Below, piece by piece: positions 1-9,087 of a stretch of DNA of 64,000 bases. The stretch lies in the NCBI GenBank assembly GCA_965247095.1, contig OZ251997.1, forward strand, positions 1,312,001-1,376,000, written 5' to 3'. Within the stretch, counting starts at the first letter, position 1. Every line of letters starts with the position of its first letter. Source of the stretch: Candidatus Multivorans sp. Its GTDB lineage: Bacteria > Acidobacteriota > Thermoanaerobaculia > Multivoradales > Multivoraceae. Below the pieces are notes generated by a model. It was given only the letters and a program-made list of their open reading frames with translations, was not told where the DNA came from and made no database searches. A program made the translations under genes and the position numbers.

Positions 1-423
1 CATCGAGTCGACCTCGGCCACGTTCCAGGCGCTGACGATGAGTCGCCGCGAGTTCGGCTCGTTGCGAATACGGTCGATGACCGCCTCGATCTGGTCGATC
101 GACCGTCCGTCCGGCGTCGCCCACGATCGCCACTGCGAACCGTAGACGGGGCCCAGGTCGCCGTTCTCGTCGGCCCATTCGTCCCAGATCGTCACTCCGT
201 GCCGGTGCAGGAAGTCGACGTTCGTCTCCCCGCGCAGGAACCACAGCAGCTCGACGATGATCGACCGCAGGTGCAGCCGCTTCGTGGTCAGCGCCGGAAA
301 CCCGTCGGCCAGGTCGTAGCGCAACTGCCGGCCGAACACACTGCGGGTGCCGGTGCCCGTGCGGTCGTCGCGCACGACACCGCGGTCGAGCACCTCCTGC
401 AGCAGGTCGAGGTACTGGCGCAT
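1..423 (-). CDS. thyA: Thymidylate synthase (N-terminal part; runs off the window edge)
   Basis: Manual translation from ATG at 423: [71 protein letters not shown], all ThyA motifs. Missing from the ORF track. Confidence 0.97.
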   Translation of the reverse strand, partial: MRQYLDLLQEVLDRGVVRDDRTGTGTRSVFGRQLRYDLADGFPALTTKRLHLRSIIVELLWFLRGETNVDFLHRHGVTIWDEWADENGDLGPVYGSQWRSWATPDGRSIDQIEAVIDRIRNEPNSRRLIVSAWNVAEVDSM

Positions 424-494
424 CAGCAGCGAAGACCTGGGCGAACACGAGACACTGGCCACTCCCTCCGCAAGCCGGGAACCTTACCAACCGG

Positions 495-1439
495 TCACGC
501 CTCTTCAAGCAACCGGAGCATGGCTCGTCTGTGGTCTTCGTCCCCGATCGCACCGAACCTGCGGCGTAGCCGCCGGCGCAGCACCGCCCGTTCCCAACGG
601 GGCCGGTGGAGGTCGTAGTAGCGCAACTGGGAAGCGCGGTAGAAGCGCTCCACTGTGGGCGTCAGACCGCGTTCGCGATCCGCACCGGTCACAGCGCCCC
701 GCACATGCCATGCCCGCGCCTCCGCCACCTGGCGCTGCCTGAAGCCGGCCCGGTGGAGCCGGAGTCCCAGGTCCGCGTCCTCGAAGTAGAGAAAGAACCC
801 TTCGTCGAAACCGCCGACCGCGTCGAAGGCCGAACGACGGACGAGGAGACAGGCGGCCGTAAACCAACCGGCGCCAACAGCCGGTTTCAGCAGACGCGGC
901 AGCAAGCCATGGTTCCACCGTGCTTTCTCGAACCGGTTGCGGAATCTCTGGATCGCCTCGCCAAGAACACCCACAGGCGGCGCCCAGACGAACTGGCGCG
1001 ACCCGTTCGGGTAGTGAAGCGAAGGCGCGGTCACCCCGAGCCGCCCGTCGGACTCCAGCGCCTCGACCAGACGCCGCAGGGATACCTCGTCGATCCATGC
1101 GTCCGGGTTCAGGAGCAGCAGATGACGGCCGGCCGACTTCGCGGCAGCCAGATTGCACCCGGCGCCGAAGCCGAGGTTGCGATCCGACTCGATGACTCGA
1201 ACCGGCAGGACCGGGGACGCGGCCGACTCGAACTCGCGGACCGCCGCCGCCGAACCGTCAACAGACGCGTTGTCGACCACCACGGCCTCCAAACCGGCCG
1301 GGGAACCGGGGTTACCCGCATCGTCCGGCCGCCATGCCTCGGCGATGGCCAGGAGGCGCTCCAAGCACCGCCTGAGCCCGTCACCGGCGTTGTGGTTCAC
1401 GACCAGGGCGCTGACCGCCGGGCGATCCGACCCGCTCAC
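495..1439 (-). CDS. Glycosyltransferase family 2
   Basis: VVVDNASVDGS, NLGFGAGCN, LLLLNPDA, GGFDEGFFLYFEDADL motifs. GTG at 1439 overlaps the upstream stop (GTGA). Confidence 0.9.
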   Translation of the reverse strand: MSGSDRPAVSALVVNHNAGDGLRRCLERLLAIAEAWRPDDAGNPGSPAGLEAVVVDNASVDGSAAAVREFESAASPVLPVRVIESDRNLGFGAGCNLAAAKSAGRHLLLLNPDAWIDEVSLRRLVEALESDGRLGVTAPSLHYPNGSRQFVWAPPVGVLGEAIQRFRNRFEKARWNHGLLPRLLKPAVGAGWFTAACLLVRRSAFDAVGGFDEGFFLYFEDADLGLRLHRAGFRQRQVAEARAWHVRGAVTGADRERGLTPTVERFYRASQLRYYDLHRPRWERAVLRRRLRRRFGAIGDEDHRRAMLRLLEEA

Positions 1440-2641
1440 CGGACCTTCCCCCGGGCCGTTCGCCAGACTGCTTCCACTTCGTCGGCGAAGCACTCGGCGG
1501 CGCGGTCCCAGGTCAGGAACCGCACACGCTCCGGACCCTCCGACATCGCCGAGCGACGTGCTTCTTGGTCCAGCACCAGCCGACGCAGGCCCTCGGTCAA
1601 CGCGTCGATCTCGAGCCGGTGACATCGGAGCGGATAGTCCGGCCACAACTCGGTCAAGGCCGGCGCGTCCGAGACGAGGACCGGCACCCCGGCAGCGAGC
1701 GACTCGAGCGGCGGCAGCCCGTACCCCTCGTACTCCGACACGTAGATCGTTCCCAGGGCCCGCGCGTACAGCGCCGGCAGCAGTCCGTCGTCGACGTAGC
1801 CGAGGCGGACGACCCGTTGGGCCCAGTCACCGGCCCGGATCAGCCGGTCGAAGTCGTCACGACGGGGCAACTGGTTCCGGCCCGCGATGACGAGGCGGAG
1901 ATTGGTTGGCGCCGGGTCGCGCACCAGGCGACCCAGAGCGCGCAGCACCAGGTCGAGCCGCCGGCGCGGGAGAATCGAACCCAGCACCAGCAGGTAGGGC
2001 CGCTGAACGCCCAGCTCCGCCAGCGCCCGGGCCTGCTCCTGCTCTCCGGCGCCGGCCGACTCGCGGGCTCGGGCGAAGCGGGGCGACACGCCCAGGGGCA
2101 CAACAGCGACGCGCTCCGCCGGCACGCCGTACCGCTGCCGCAAGTCGGCGGCGGTGCGCCCGGTGTCGGTCAGCACTCTGGTGGCCGCGCGCGCCGCACT
2201 GCGGGCAAGGTAGCGCCGCCGCCGCAGCTCGCGGAAGCCGAAGTCCCCCGGCCGGTGCTCGAAGGCGAGATCGTGGATCGTGACCAGGGATGGCCGACCC
2301 GGGGCGCGCGGCAGGCTGTAGCCCGGCGAGAAGATGACGTCGGCGGGCTCACGCCGCAGCAATCTGGGCAGCCGGAACTGCTCCCAGAGAATCGGATGCG
2401 CGCCGGGACGCCGATCGAAGACCGGTTCCAGGCGGCAACCCCCGCCCGCCGCGCCGGTCCACAGCGGGTGCTCGAAGGGATCGCCCTTGAAGAACAGCCG
2501 CAGCCGCCAACTGCGGGCCTGCGGCGTTCTTTGCAACGCCAGGAGGAGTTCTTCGATATAGCGCCCCACACCGGTCGGCTGGCCTTCCATCTCGTAGGCG
2601 ACGACGCCAATCGAGCGCGGGCCTGCCGCCGCGCGAGTCAC
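1436..2641 (-). CDS. Glycosyltransferase family 4 (GT-B)
   Basis: TGVGRY, LVTIHDL, EGYGLPPLE motifs. GGAGG RBS precedes GTG at 2641. Confidence 0.9.
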   Translation of the reverse strand: MTRAAAGPRSIGVVAYEMEGQPTGVGRYIEELLLALQRTPQARSWRLRLFFKGDPFEHPLWTGAAGGGCRLEPVFDRRPGAHPILWEQFRLPRLLRREPADVIFSPGYSLPRAPGRPSLVTIHDLAFEHRPGDFGFRELRRRRYLARSAARAATRVLTDTGRTAADLRQRYGVPAERVAVVPLGVSPRFARARESAGAGEQEQARALAELGVQRPYLLVLGSILPRRRLDLVLRALGRLVRDPAPTNLRLVIAGRNQLPRRDDFDRLIRAGDWAQRVVRLGYVDDGLLPALYARALGTIYVSEYEGYGLPPLESLAAGVPVLVSDAPALTELWPDYPLRCHRLEIDALTEGLRRLVLDQEARRSAMSEGPERVRFLTWDRAAECFADEVEAVWRTARGKVR

Positions 2642-2699
2642 GGCACACCACCCTCCGCGCCGGCTCTCCGGCGCAACCGTCTCGCCCGGAGCTTCACGG

Positions 2700-5345
2700 T
2701 CACCGGGCCAGGCCCGCATGAACAGCCATCAACAGCCGCCGCATTCGTTCGCCCACCGCCTCGTAGGAAAGATCGCGTTCGATCCTCGAACTGCCGCGTT
2801 CCGCGCGACGCGCCGCTTCACTGCGATCCTCGAACACCCGCCGCATCTGGTCAGCGGCGTGATCGATGTCCGGCTCGGCCCACACGGCGCCAGCCGGGTA
2901 CGGGCCTTCGTCGCGCTCCAGTTCGACAGAGTCATACCGCACCAGGAAACCACTTTCGGCGTCGAGGAAATCCGTTACTCCACCGTACCCCGTAGCGATC
3001 ACGGGAGTGCGGCATGCCATTGCCTCGGCCACCGTCAGGCCGAAGCCCTCCGAGCGATGAATCGACACGTAGCAGTCGGCCGCTGCGGTCAGGGCATCGG
3101 TCTCGGCCCGGCTCAGATAGCGGTCCAGGACCACAACACGCCCTTCCTCCAACGTTTCGCACAGCGCCGCCGAGGCTTCCGGCTCGAACTCCGGCGAGCT
3201 GCTCTTCAGCACCAGCAGCGGGCCGCCCGCCGCGCCGAACTCCTCCCGATCCGGAAACGCCCGGCGGAAAGCCTCCACTGCCGCGACGGGGTTCTTGCGC
3301 TCCGAATAGCTCAGATGGCTGAAAGTGAACAGGAACAGGAATCGGTCGCCCGGCAGACGGAGCCGGGCACGGATGTCTTCTTCCCGCGCCGGACCGGGCC
3401 CGGCGACCTCGCGCGGCACGACAACCGGGATCGGCACCCTACGTACCGGAACCGGCGCAACGGAGGAAAACGAGTCGAGGCAGAACCGGCTCGGGGTCCA
3501 AACCTCGCAGAAGGGTCGGAACGCATGGTGATAGCGATCCGGGAAGAACTCCAACTCCCACAGCCAGTAGCCGACCGTGCGCCGGTGGGCGAACACTTCA
3601 GGCCCCAAGCTGTGCGCGACCACCTCGACCTGATCGGCATTCACCACCATCAGGTTCACGTCGTGCCGGAAGTCGCTCCGGCTGACCGCAAAGCTCGGAT
3701 CCTCTCGCCGGCTCAAGACGCCGAGATCGACACTGTGCAGCGTGAGCGGCACTCCGGCGGCCGACAGCGCCCGCACCAGACCACGCGCCGCCTCCCCCAT
3801 GCCGGTCTCCGCCTGCAGGTATCCGATCACGTTGACACCGAGTTCGTCCTGCACTCGGACCGCGGGAGCCACCACCATGGAGGAAGGGGCTGGCCCCGAC
3901 GGCACCGAAGTTGCCGGCTCGGAAGAACCGCCGATCACGAAACTGCGTAGACGACCGTACAGTCTTCGTCCGATCAGCCTCCGCAATGCTGACCTGAGGG
4001 CTGCGCCCGCCCTTGAGTGGTACAGGCTCGCCAACCGACCGCGCACCTTTCGGGCCCCGGTATCTCCAGAGCCGGGCGCCGAGGCAAGGAAGATCGGGTC
4101 GAGGTCGTGTTCGAACCGGCCCTTGGTCTCCAGCCAATCCCCAAAACGGACAAGGCCGGCGCCCCTCTCCTGAGCGTCGTGAAAGGCGATCCTCATGTCG
4201 CTGCGGGACCGCAGTAGATAGCGCTGCAGCCGCGACAGGTAAGGCGGCGACAGGCGAGGACCGTTCATCCAGTCGAAGAAGCTGGCGCCATCGTCTCCCG
4301 CGGTTCGGAAGGGGTTCTCGAACCGGCGACGGCGATGCACATCGAGCGACAGGAACAGCGACCGCGCGAGATCGGGAACCTGGACGCCGTTGTCGAAGCG
4401 ACTGAACGCGTACGGCCACCGGCGACAGTCGCCGTGGCCCTCGGCCAGCACCCGTGCCGCGTATCGCCGGATGATCTCGCCGGCTTCGCCCCGGGCGTCG
4501 AGATCGGCGAGTCGGAACCGGTCCTGGTGCTTCGAAACACCATCCAGACGTTCCGGATCGAGGCCGCTGAAGTGGAAGAAGTAGAGCGGCTCACCGTTGG
4601 CCAGATAGCGCGTATCCACCGGCGGCTCGACCGCCTCGTCCCCGTCGCCGGCCCATGTGACCACCCTGTGCGCCAGGTTCCAGTAGGCGACATTCAGTCC
4701 GGGCTGCTTCAGAACCGCGACGCCGTCGAACAGCAGCGGCGCCAGGTCCATCCACTTCTGGTCGACGAAGAGCCCCAGGTCGACCCGGTCGACGCAGCGG
4801 TCGAACAGTCGCTCCTGCCACCACGCAAGCAGCCGTCCGGTTTCGGCCGACGCGCGCAGGCCGACGAACCCAAGGTTGTAGAGACCCGCCCGCAGCAACG
4901 TGAGTTCTCCGGGGGCGTCTCCGTCGTCCAGAGGACGGTCGATGTGGGGCGTAAGAACGGCGACGCCTCGATCGAGCCCCTCGAGTACAGGCACCAGGGG
5001 GCGCAGCACCCAGATGTCCGGGTCGAGGTAGATGACCCGTTCGGCGCCGTCGTCGAACAACCGCTCCAGCAGGTACGGCTTGACGGCTGTGGCCAGTTCC
5101 AGAAGCCGGTATTTGAACAGGAACTGCCGCAGTTCCGGCACGTTGTCCAACTGCTCGACCTCAATAACATCGAACGGCTCCTGCTCGGGATCGAAACAGC
5201 CGTCCACGCGGTCGACGAGGAGTACGACGAAGCGCCCCTCAGGATGATGGGCCAGGAAGGACCGCGCCAGCACCCGCGCGTAAGCGAGGTAGTTCTTGGC
5301 CACGATCGTGCAGGCCACGAGTGCGCCGCTGCTCGAATCACTCAT
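2700..5345 (-). CDS. Two-domain glycosyltransferase (N-terminal GT-A-like, C-terminal GT4-like)
   Basis: N-terminal CTIVAKNYLAYARVL, YLDPD (DxD), YNLGF, DQKW. C-terminal GMGEAAR, ERKNP, HRSEGFGLTVAEAM. Confidence 0.85.
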   Translation of the reverse strand: MSDSSSGALVACTIVAKNYLAYARVLARSFLAHHPEGRFVVLLVDRVDGCFDPEQEPFDVIEVEQLDNVPELRQFLFKYRLLELATAVKPYLLERLFDDGAERVIYLDPDIWVLRPLVPVLEGLDRGVAVLTPHIDRPLDDGDAPGELTLLRAGLYNLGFVGLRASAETGRLLAWWQERLFDRCVDRVDLGLFVDQKWMDLAPLLFDGVAVLKQPGLNVAYWNLAHRVVTWAGDGDEAVEPPVDTRYLANGEPLYFFHFSGLDPERLDGVSKHQDRFRLADLDARGEAGEIIRRYAARVLAEGHGDCRRWPYAFSRFDNGVQVPDLARSLFLSLDVHRRRRFENPFRTAGDDGASFFDWMNGPRLSPPYLSRLQRYLLRSRSDMRIAFHDAQERGAGLVRFGDWLETKGRFEHDLDPIFLASAPGSGDTGARKVRGRLASLYHSRAGAALRSALRRLIGRRLYGRLRSFVIGGSSEPATSVPSGPAPSSMVVAPAVRVQDELGVNVIGYLQAETGMGEAARGLVRALSAAGVPLTLHSVDLGVLSRREDPSFAVSRSDFRHDVNLMVVNADQVEVVAHSLGPEVFAHRRTVGYWLWELEFFPDRYHHAFRPFCEVWTPSRFCLDSFSSVAPVPVRRVPIPVVVPREVAGPGPAREEDIRARLRLPGDRFLFLFTFSHLSYSERKNPVAAVEAFRRAFPDREEFGAAGGPLLVLKSSSPEFEPEASAALCETLEEGRVVVLDRYLSRAETDALTAAADCYVSIHRSEGFGLTVAEAMACRTPVIATGYGGVTDFLDAESGFLVRYDSVELERDEGPYPAGAVWAEPDIDHAADQMRRVFEDRSEAARRAERGSSRIERDLSYEAVGERMRRLLMAVHAGLAR

Positions 5346-5501
5346 GTTCCACTCGCCCCGAGCATCTGCAGCATCGTCCGCCGCTCGCCGCACTCACCAC
5401 CATCTCCCGTCGCCGGCCGACCCTGCCGCGCCGCCAACCATCTCGCCGTAGAGCGCACCTCCTGGTGCCGGCAGCTACACCGAGCGCGGCCGACCCGCGC
5501 C

Positions 5502-6626
5502 TCACGCCGGCCCACCTGCGCCACGCGCCACATCGCCGTAGATCTCAATCACCTGGTCCGCTGCCGTCTGCCACGAGAACTGCGCGGCCCGTATGAATCC
5601 GGCCTCCCGGCAGCGGCGGCGCAGAGCCGGATTGTTGAGTAGCGCCTCCAGACCATCGCGAATCGCACCAACGTCGAGCGGGTCGACGCACAACGCGGCG
5701 TTCGCTCCGACCTCGGCCAGCGAGGACGTGTTCGACGTCAGCACCGGCGCGCCGCATGCCATCGCCTCGACGACGGGAAGGCCGAACCCTTCGACGATGG
5801 ACGGATAGGCGACCACTGAAGCGCCGTTGTAGAGCGCGATCAGATCGCTCTCCTCCACTGTCCCAAGACGCAGCACGGAACCGGGAGCAGCGCGGCCGGC
5901 CAACGACGCCCAATCCAAGTCCTGCTTCCAGCCGGCGCCGCCGACCAGCACCAAGGACGTTTCCCGCCGCACGGCGCAATCAAGCCCGGAGTACGCCTCG
6001 ATCAGCCGAGCGATGTTCTTGCGCGGCTCGAGCGTGCCGACCGACAGCACGAACGGACCGTCGAGCCCGAAGCGATCGGCGAGTCGACGCTTCGCGGCAG
6101 CGAGCTCCCCGCCCTCCAGTGCGACGAACACCGATGACGCCGCCGGGTAGACCACCTGCATCCGCTCGGGCGCCATGTGGAACCAGCGCCTCACCTCGTC
6201 CGCCGTCGCCTGCGAATCGACCGCCAGGATCGCGTCCTGCCACAGCGCGCGCAGCGTCGACCGGAGGCAGTTGGCCCGATTGACCGACTGGTGGTACTCC
6301 GGATGGGTGAGGAAGGTCAGATCGTGGACGGTGAACAGAATCGGCCCGTCGAAGAAGCCCGTGTCCGTGAACGAAGTCGTGTGGAACAGATCGAAATCGT
6401 CCCGGTTCGGGTGACGACCCGAACGCCGGACCGCGCTCCCCGGCAAGTGGCCCAGGGCCCGCTCCCAACCCTCCGGCCCAACATCAACGCCCCCGGCGTA
6501 GAGATGCAGAGAGAACTCGCCGCTGCTCTCCGCGCGAGCCGCCAGCACGTCCAGCAGGCTCGTCGTGTAGCTGGCTATTCCGTCGCGCGGTCCGAAGACC
6601 TTGGCAACATCGAAGCCGATCCGCAT
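5502..6626 (-). CDS. Glycosyltransferase family 4
   Basis: TVHDL, VGTLEPRKN, EGFGLPVVEAMACG motifs. Confidence 0.92.
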   Translation of the reverse strand: MRIGFDVAKVFGPRDGIASYTTSLLDVLAARAESSGEFSLHLYAGGVDVGPEGWERALGHLPGSAVRRSGRHPNRDDFDLFHTTSFTDTGFFDGPILFTVHDLTFLTHPEYHQSVNRANCLRSTLRALWQDAILAVDSQATADEVRRWFHMAPERMQVVYPAASSVFVALEGGELAAAKRRLADRFGLDGPFVLSVGTLEPRKNIARLIEAYSGLDCAVRRETSLVLVGGAGWKQDLDWASLAGRAAPGSVLRLGTVEESDLIALYNGASVVAYPSIVEGFGLPVVEAMACGAPVLTSNTSSLAEVGANAALCVDPLDVGAIRDGLEALLNNPALRRRCREAGFIRAAQFSWQTAADQVIEIYGDVARGAGGPA

Positions 6627-6635
6627 GGCGCCGCG

Positions 6636-7004
6636 CTATGTCGCTCGTGGAAGCGTGAGACCGACATCCGCCCCGTGGCCGAACCACGCCTCGGCGCGTA
6701 TTTCCAGCGTCAGACGCCGCAGGCGCTCCGCCGTGCCCTCGGTCAGCCCGCCGCCCCGATCGAGCTTGTCGATCAACGGCAGGACCTCCGCCGGATACAA
6801 CTCGAAGAAGAGTGCCTCTTCGACCTTCGCCGCCCGATCCGACATCTCGCCGATCCTGTTCTGCAGCGCGCCGCACAGCGTCGCAACCCGGGTCACCTCG
6901 AGCCGCAGAGCGTGGATCCGCTGCCGGACCCGCAGCAACACGAACGCTGCCGCGGCTACGGCGGCGGCAGCGAGGAGCACAAGAAGAACGACGGACGGCC
7001 GCAC
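6636..7004 (-). CDS. Hypothetical membrane-anchored protein
   Basis: N-terminal hydrophobic helix followed by an amphipathic/coiled segment. Ends 10 bp upstream of the GT4 gene on the same strand. Confidence 0.6.
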   Translation of the reverse strand: MRPSVVLLVLLAAAAVAAAAFVLLRVRQRIHALRLEVTRVATLCGALQNRIGEMSDRAAKVEEALFFELYPAEVLPLIDKLDRGGGLTEGTAERLRRLTLEIRAEAWFGHGADVGLTLPRAT

Positions 7005-7028
7005 AACGGCGGCAGACTAACAGTCGTT

Positions 7029-8510
7029 CTACGGCGTGCCGTCTCCGGTCGGTTCGAGATCCGCCGCCAGCCCGACCACCTCGTCGTACAGTTCGGAGCG
7101 CCGCCGGCGCAGGCGCTTCACCGTTCCGGTGCGCAGTCCCACCGTCCACAATGCCCGCAGACCGTGACCGAGCTCGGCGATCAGGCGGTGGTAGCGGAGG
7201 CCGAGCAGCGCCGACGCGGCGCACAGCCCGAGCATCCCGCCGACGCGCACCCACAGGGACTCGGGCACCCAGTCGAATCCCGGCAACGGCTCGGTCCAGG
7301 CGATACCGACCGCGAAGCTCGCGACGATCCACACCGTCGGCAGAATGACGAGACCGAGCACCATCTTGAGTCCCGCCTGCTCCTTCCTCGTCTTCGAGAG
7401 TCTCTTCGCGCCGAGCACCACCAGCAGCGCCGCCGGAAGGTTGATCAGGTTGCCGACCAGGACCACGGTGGGCAGGAGCAGCAGCATGACCAGCGCCTCG
7501 GCGCCGAGCAGGGCCAGGCGTAGCGCCGTCCGCGGCAGCGGTACGCCGTCCAGTTCGCGGTCGTTCAGGCCCAGGAGTCGCAGCGCCTCGTCGTACCGCG
7601 TCACCCTGCGCATGAGCCGCCTCGTCCCGTTCGGATCGACGGCGCGCCGGGTGCTGTAGCCGGCCCAGACACGGGCAAAACCCTCGTCCCGTTCCCGCAT
7701 CGGCGCCCGGCGCAGGCGCTCGCCCGCCCGAGCCGCGCCCTCGGCTCTCACCAGGGCCCGCACCCGCTCCATTGCCCGGTGAATGCCCCAGCTCTCGGTC
7801 GGGTGGGTGACCTCGATCAGTTGCTCTTCGATCACGCCGGTCAGCCGATCGACGAACGTGTCGGTAGCCGCCCCACCGGCGTCCGACTCCGGTACGCCAC
7901 CGTCGCCGCCGCCGAGATCGGCTGGCAGCTCGACAGGCGCGTGGAAGGCCACCAGAGCCCGGGAGCGAAACGCGTGCTTCCGCTCGTAGTGCAGCCCAAC
8001 CGGCACCAGCGCCGGATCGCCTCCACTCTCCCGGGCCAGTTGGAACAGGCGCGCCGCTCCGGCCCGCAACTCAAGCAGGTTCGGCTCGTCGTGCGTGGCG
8101 CCCTCCGGAAAGATGGCGACGAAGGAGTGCCGCGCCGCCTCGGCAAGGGCAGTAAGACTCCGGTGGTTCGCCTCCCGGCGTTCGCGGTCGCTCACGGGGG
8201 CGCCCGCCTCGCCGCGATCCCGAGCCCGGTAGAGCGGCACGGCGCCGACGCCGCGCAGCAGCCAACCCACCACGGGAATGCGGAACAGACCGTGACGGGC
8301 CCCGAAGGTCACCGACCGGGGACAGAACCCGAGGACCAGGACGCCGTCGGCAAGTCCGTTCGGATGCCAAGCGACGAGCAGGCCGCCGCTGTCGTGCGGC
8401 ACGTTCTCAGAGCCGACCACTTCGACGCTGCGGAAGAACAGCCTCGCCAGCAAACGCAGAAAGTGAGTCAGGCAACGCTTCCTGAACCCGGGTGGCGCGT
8501 TCCGCGCCAC
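7029..8510 (-). CDS. PlsC-like glycerol-phosphate/lysophospholipid acyltransferase with C-terminal TM helices (start uncertain, 8450-8510)
   Basis: WHPNGLAD (HxxxxD) and IFPEG motifs plus hydrophobic C-terminal helices. The ORF-track extension to 8984 is unlikely to be real. Confidence 0.85.
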   Translation of the reverse strand: MARNAPPGFRKRCLTHFLRLLARLFFRSVEVVGSENVPHDSGGLLVAWHPNGLADGVLVLGFCPRSVTFGARHGLFRIPVVGWLLRGVGAVPLYRARDRGEAGAPVSDRERREANHRSLTALAEAARHSFVAIFPEGATHDEPNLLELRAGAARLFQLARESGGDPALVPVGLHYERKHAFRSRALVAFHAPVELPADLGGGDGGVPESDAGGAATDTFVDRLTGVIEEQLIEVTHPTESWGIHRAMERVRALVRAEGAARAGERLRRAPMRERDEGFARVWAGYSTRRAVDPNGTRRLMRRVTRYDEALRLLGLNDRELDGVPLPRTALRLALLGAEALVMLLLLPTVVLVGNLINLPAALLVVLGAKRLSKTRKEQAGLKMVLGLVILPTVWIVASFAVGIAWTEPLPGFDWVPESLWVRVGGMLGLCAASALLGLRYHRLIAELGHGLRALWTVGLRTGTVKRLRRRRSELYDEVVGLAADLEPTGDGTP

Positions 8511-8558
8511 CCGTGAACCATCCGTACGCCCGTCATCGGGCGTACGGATGACACCCGG
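8485..8558. repeat. Two-hairpin REP-like element, copy 1
   Basis: AACCCGGGTGGCGCG-ttc-CGCGCCACCCG followed by CATCCGTACGCCC-gtcatc-GGGCGTACGGATG. Similar units lie at 61349-61493. Confidence 0.75.
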
Positions 8559-8561
8559 TGG

Positions 8562-8600
8562 ATCGACGCAATTCATCGACGCAGGTACATCGACGCAATT
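8562..8600. repeat. Three direct copies of ATCGACGCA (possible operator)
   Basis: Copies start at 8562, 8575 and 8589. Confidence 0.6.
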
Positions 8601-8652
8601 GTACGCCACCGGAGACTCCCGGTTCGCCGCAACCGTCCGACCGGTCGGACGC

Positions 8653-8681
8653 TTGACAAGCCCCGTTTCCACCCCTACCGT
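8653..8681 (+). promoter_or_regulatory. Sigma70-type promoter
   Basis: TTGACA (8653-8658), 17 bp spacer, TACCGT (8676-8681). Confidence 0.65.
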
Positions 8682-8711
8682 GGCTTCACCGATGCAAGAC
8701 AAGGAGGCGCC

Positions 8712-8801
8712 ATGACACCGCCGGGCCATCTCCCGCCCCCGGCCCGCCTGAGGCAAAACGCTCAGGGCGCCAAGCCGGGGGCCGCCAAGTCCGCAGCCTG
8801 A
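8712..8801 (+). CDS. Putative 29-aa small protein MTPPGHLPPPARLRQNAQGAKPGAAKSAA (or leader ORF of an sRNA)
   Basis: AAGGAGG at 8701-8707 directly before ATG 8712, between a promoter and a terminator. No homology recognised. Confidence 0.35.
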   Translation: MTPPGHLPPPARLRQNAQGAKPGAAKSAA

Positions 8802-8967
8802 GTGGACGAATGACATCCGGCCGCTCGACCGTCGCCTGAATCGCCTGAGCGTCCATCGGATCAGTTGATCTGAATCGGACCGCGCCGAGGCCAACGAGAA
8901 CGAGTCGAGGCCCAGCGGGCGCCCAACGCCCACCGCGAAAACGCATCCATCCAGGCCGGGGACACAC

Positions 8968-9005
8968 TGAGAGCGCAGGTTCATACCTGCGCTCTCATTG
9001 CGTTT
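8968..9005 (+). terminator. Intrinsic terminator-like hairpin
   Basis: Perfect 13-bp stem TGAGAGCGCAGGT-tcat-ACCTGCGCTCTCA followed by TTGCGTTT. Confidence 0.7.
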
Positions 9006-9087
9006 ACGGGGCGGGAACTCTCGCGGACTTCCATCGCGCCCCTCAGCCGGATCGGGGTTCGAAGGGCCGTTTTCCGTCTAAGTCCAT

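Noticed and set aside
8880-8970. GCC AAC GAG AAC resembling a tmRNA resume codon context
   Set aside because: No ALAA-type tag end or nearby stop, and no tRNA-like acceptor or T-arm.
8511-8984. N-terminal extension of the acyltransferase ORF
   Set aside because: Runs through a repeat, a promoter and a terminator, and has no protein-like features.
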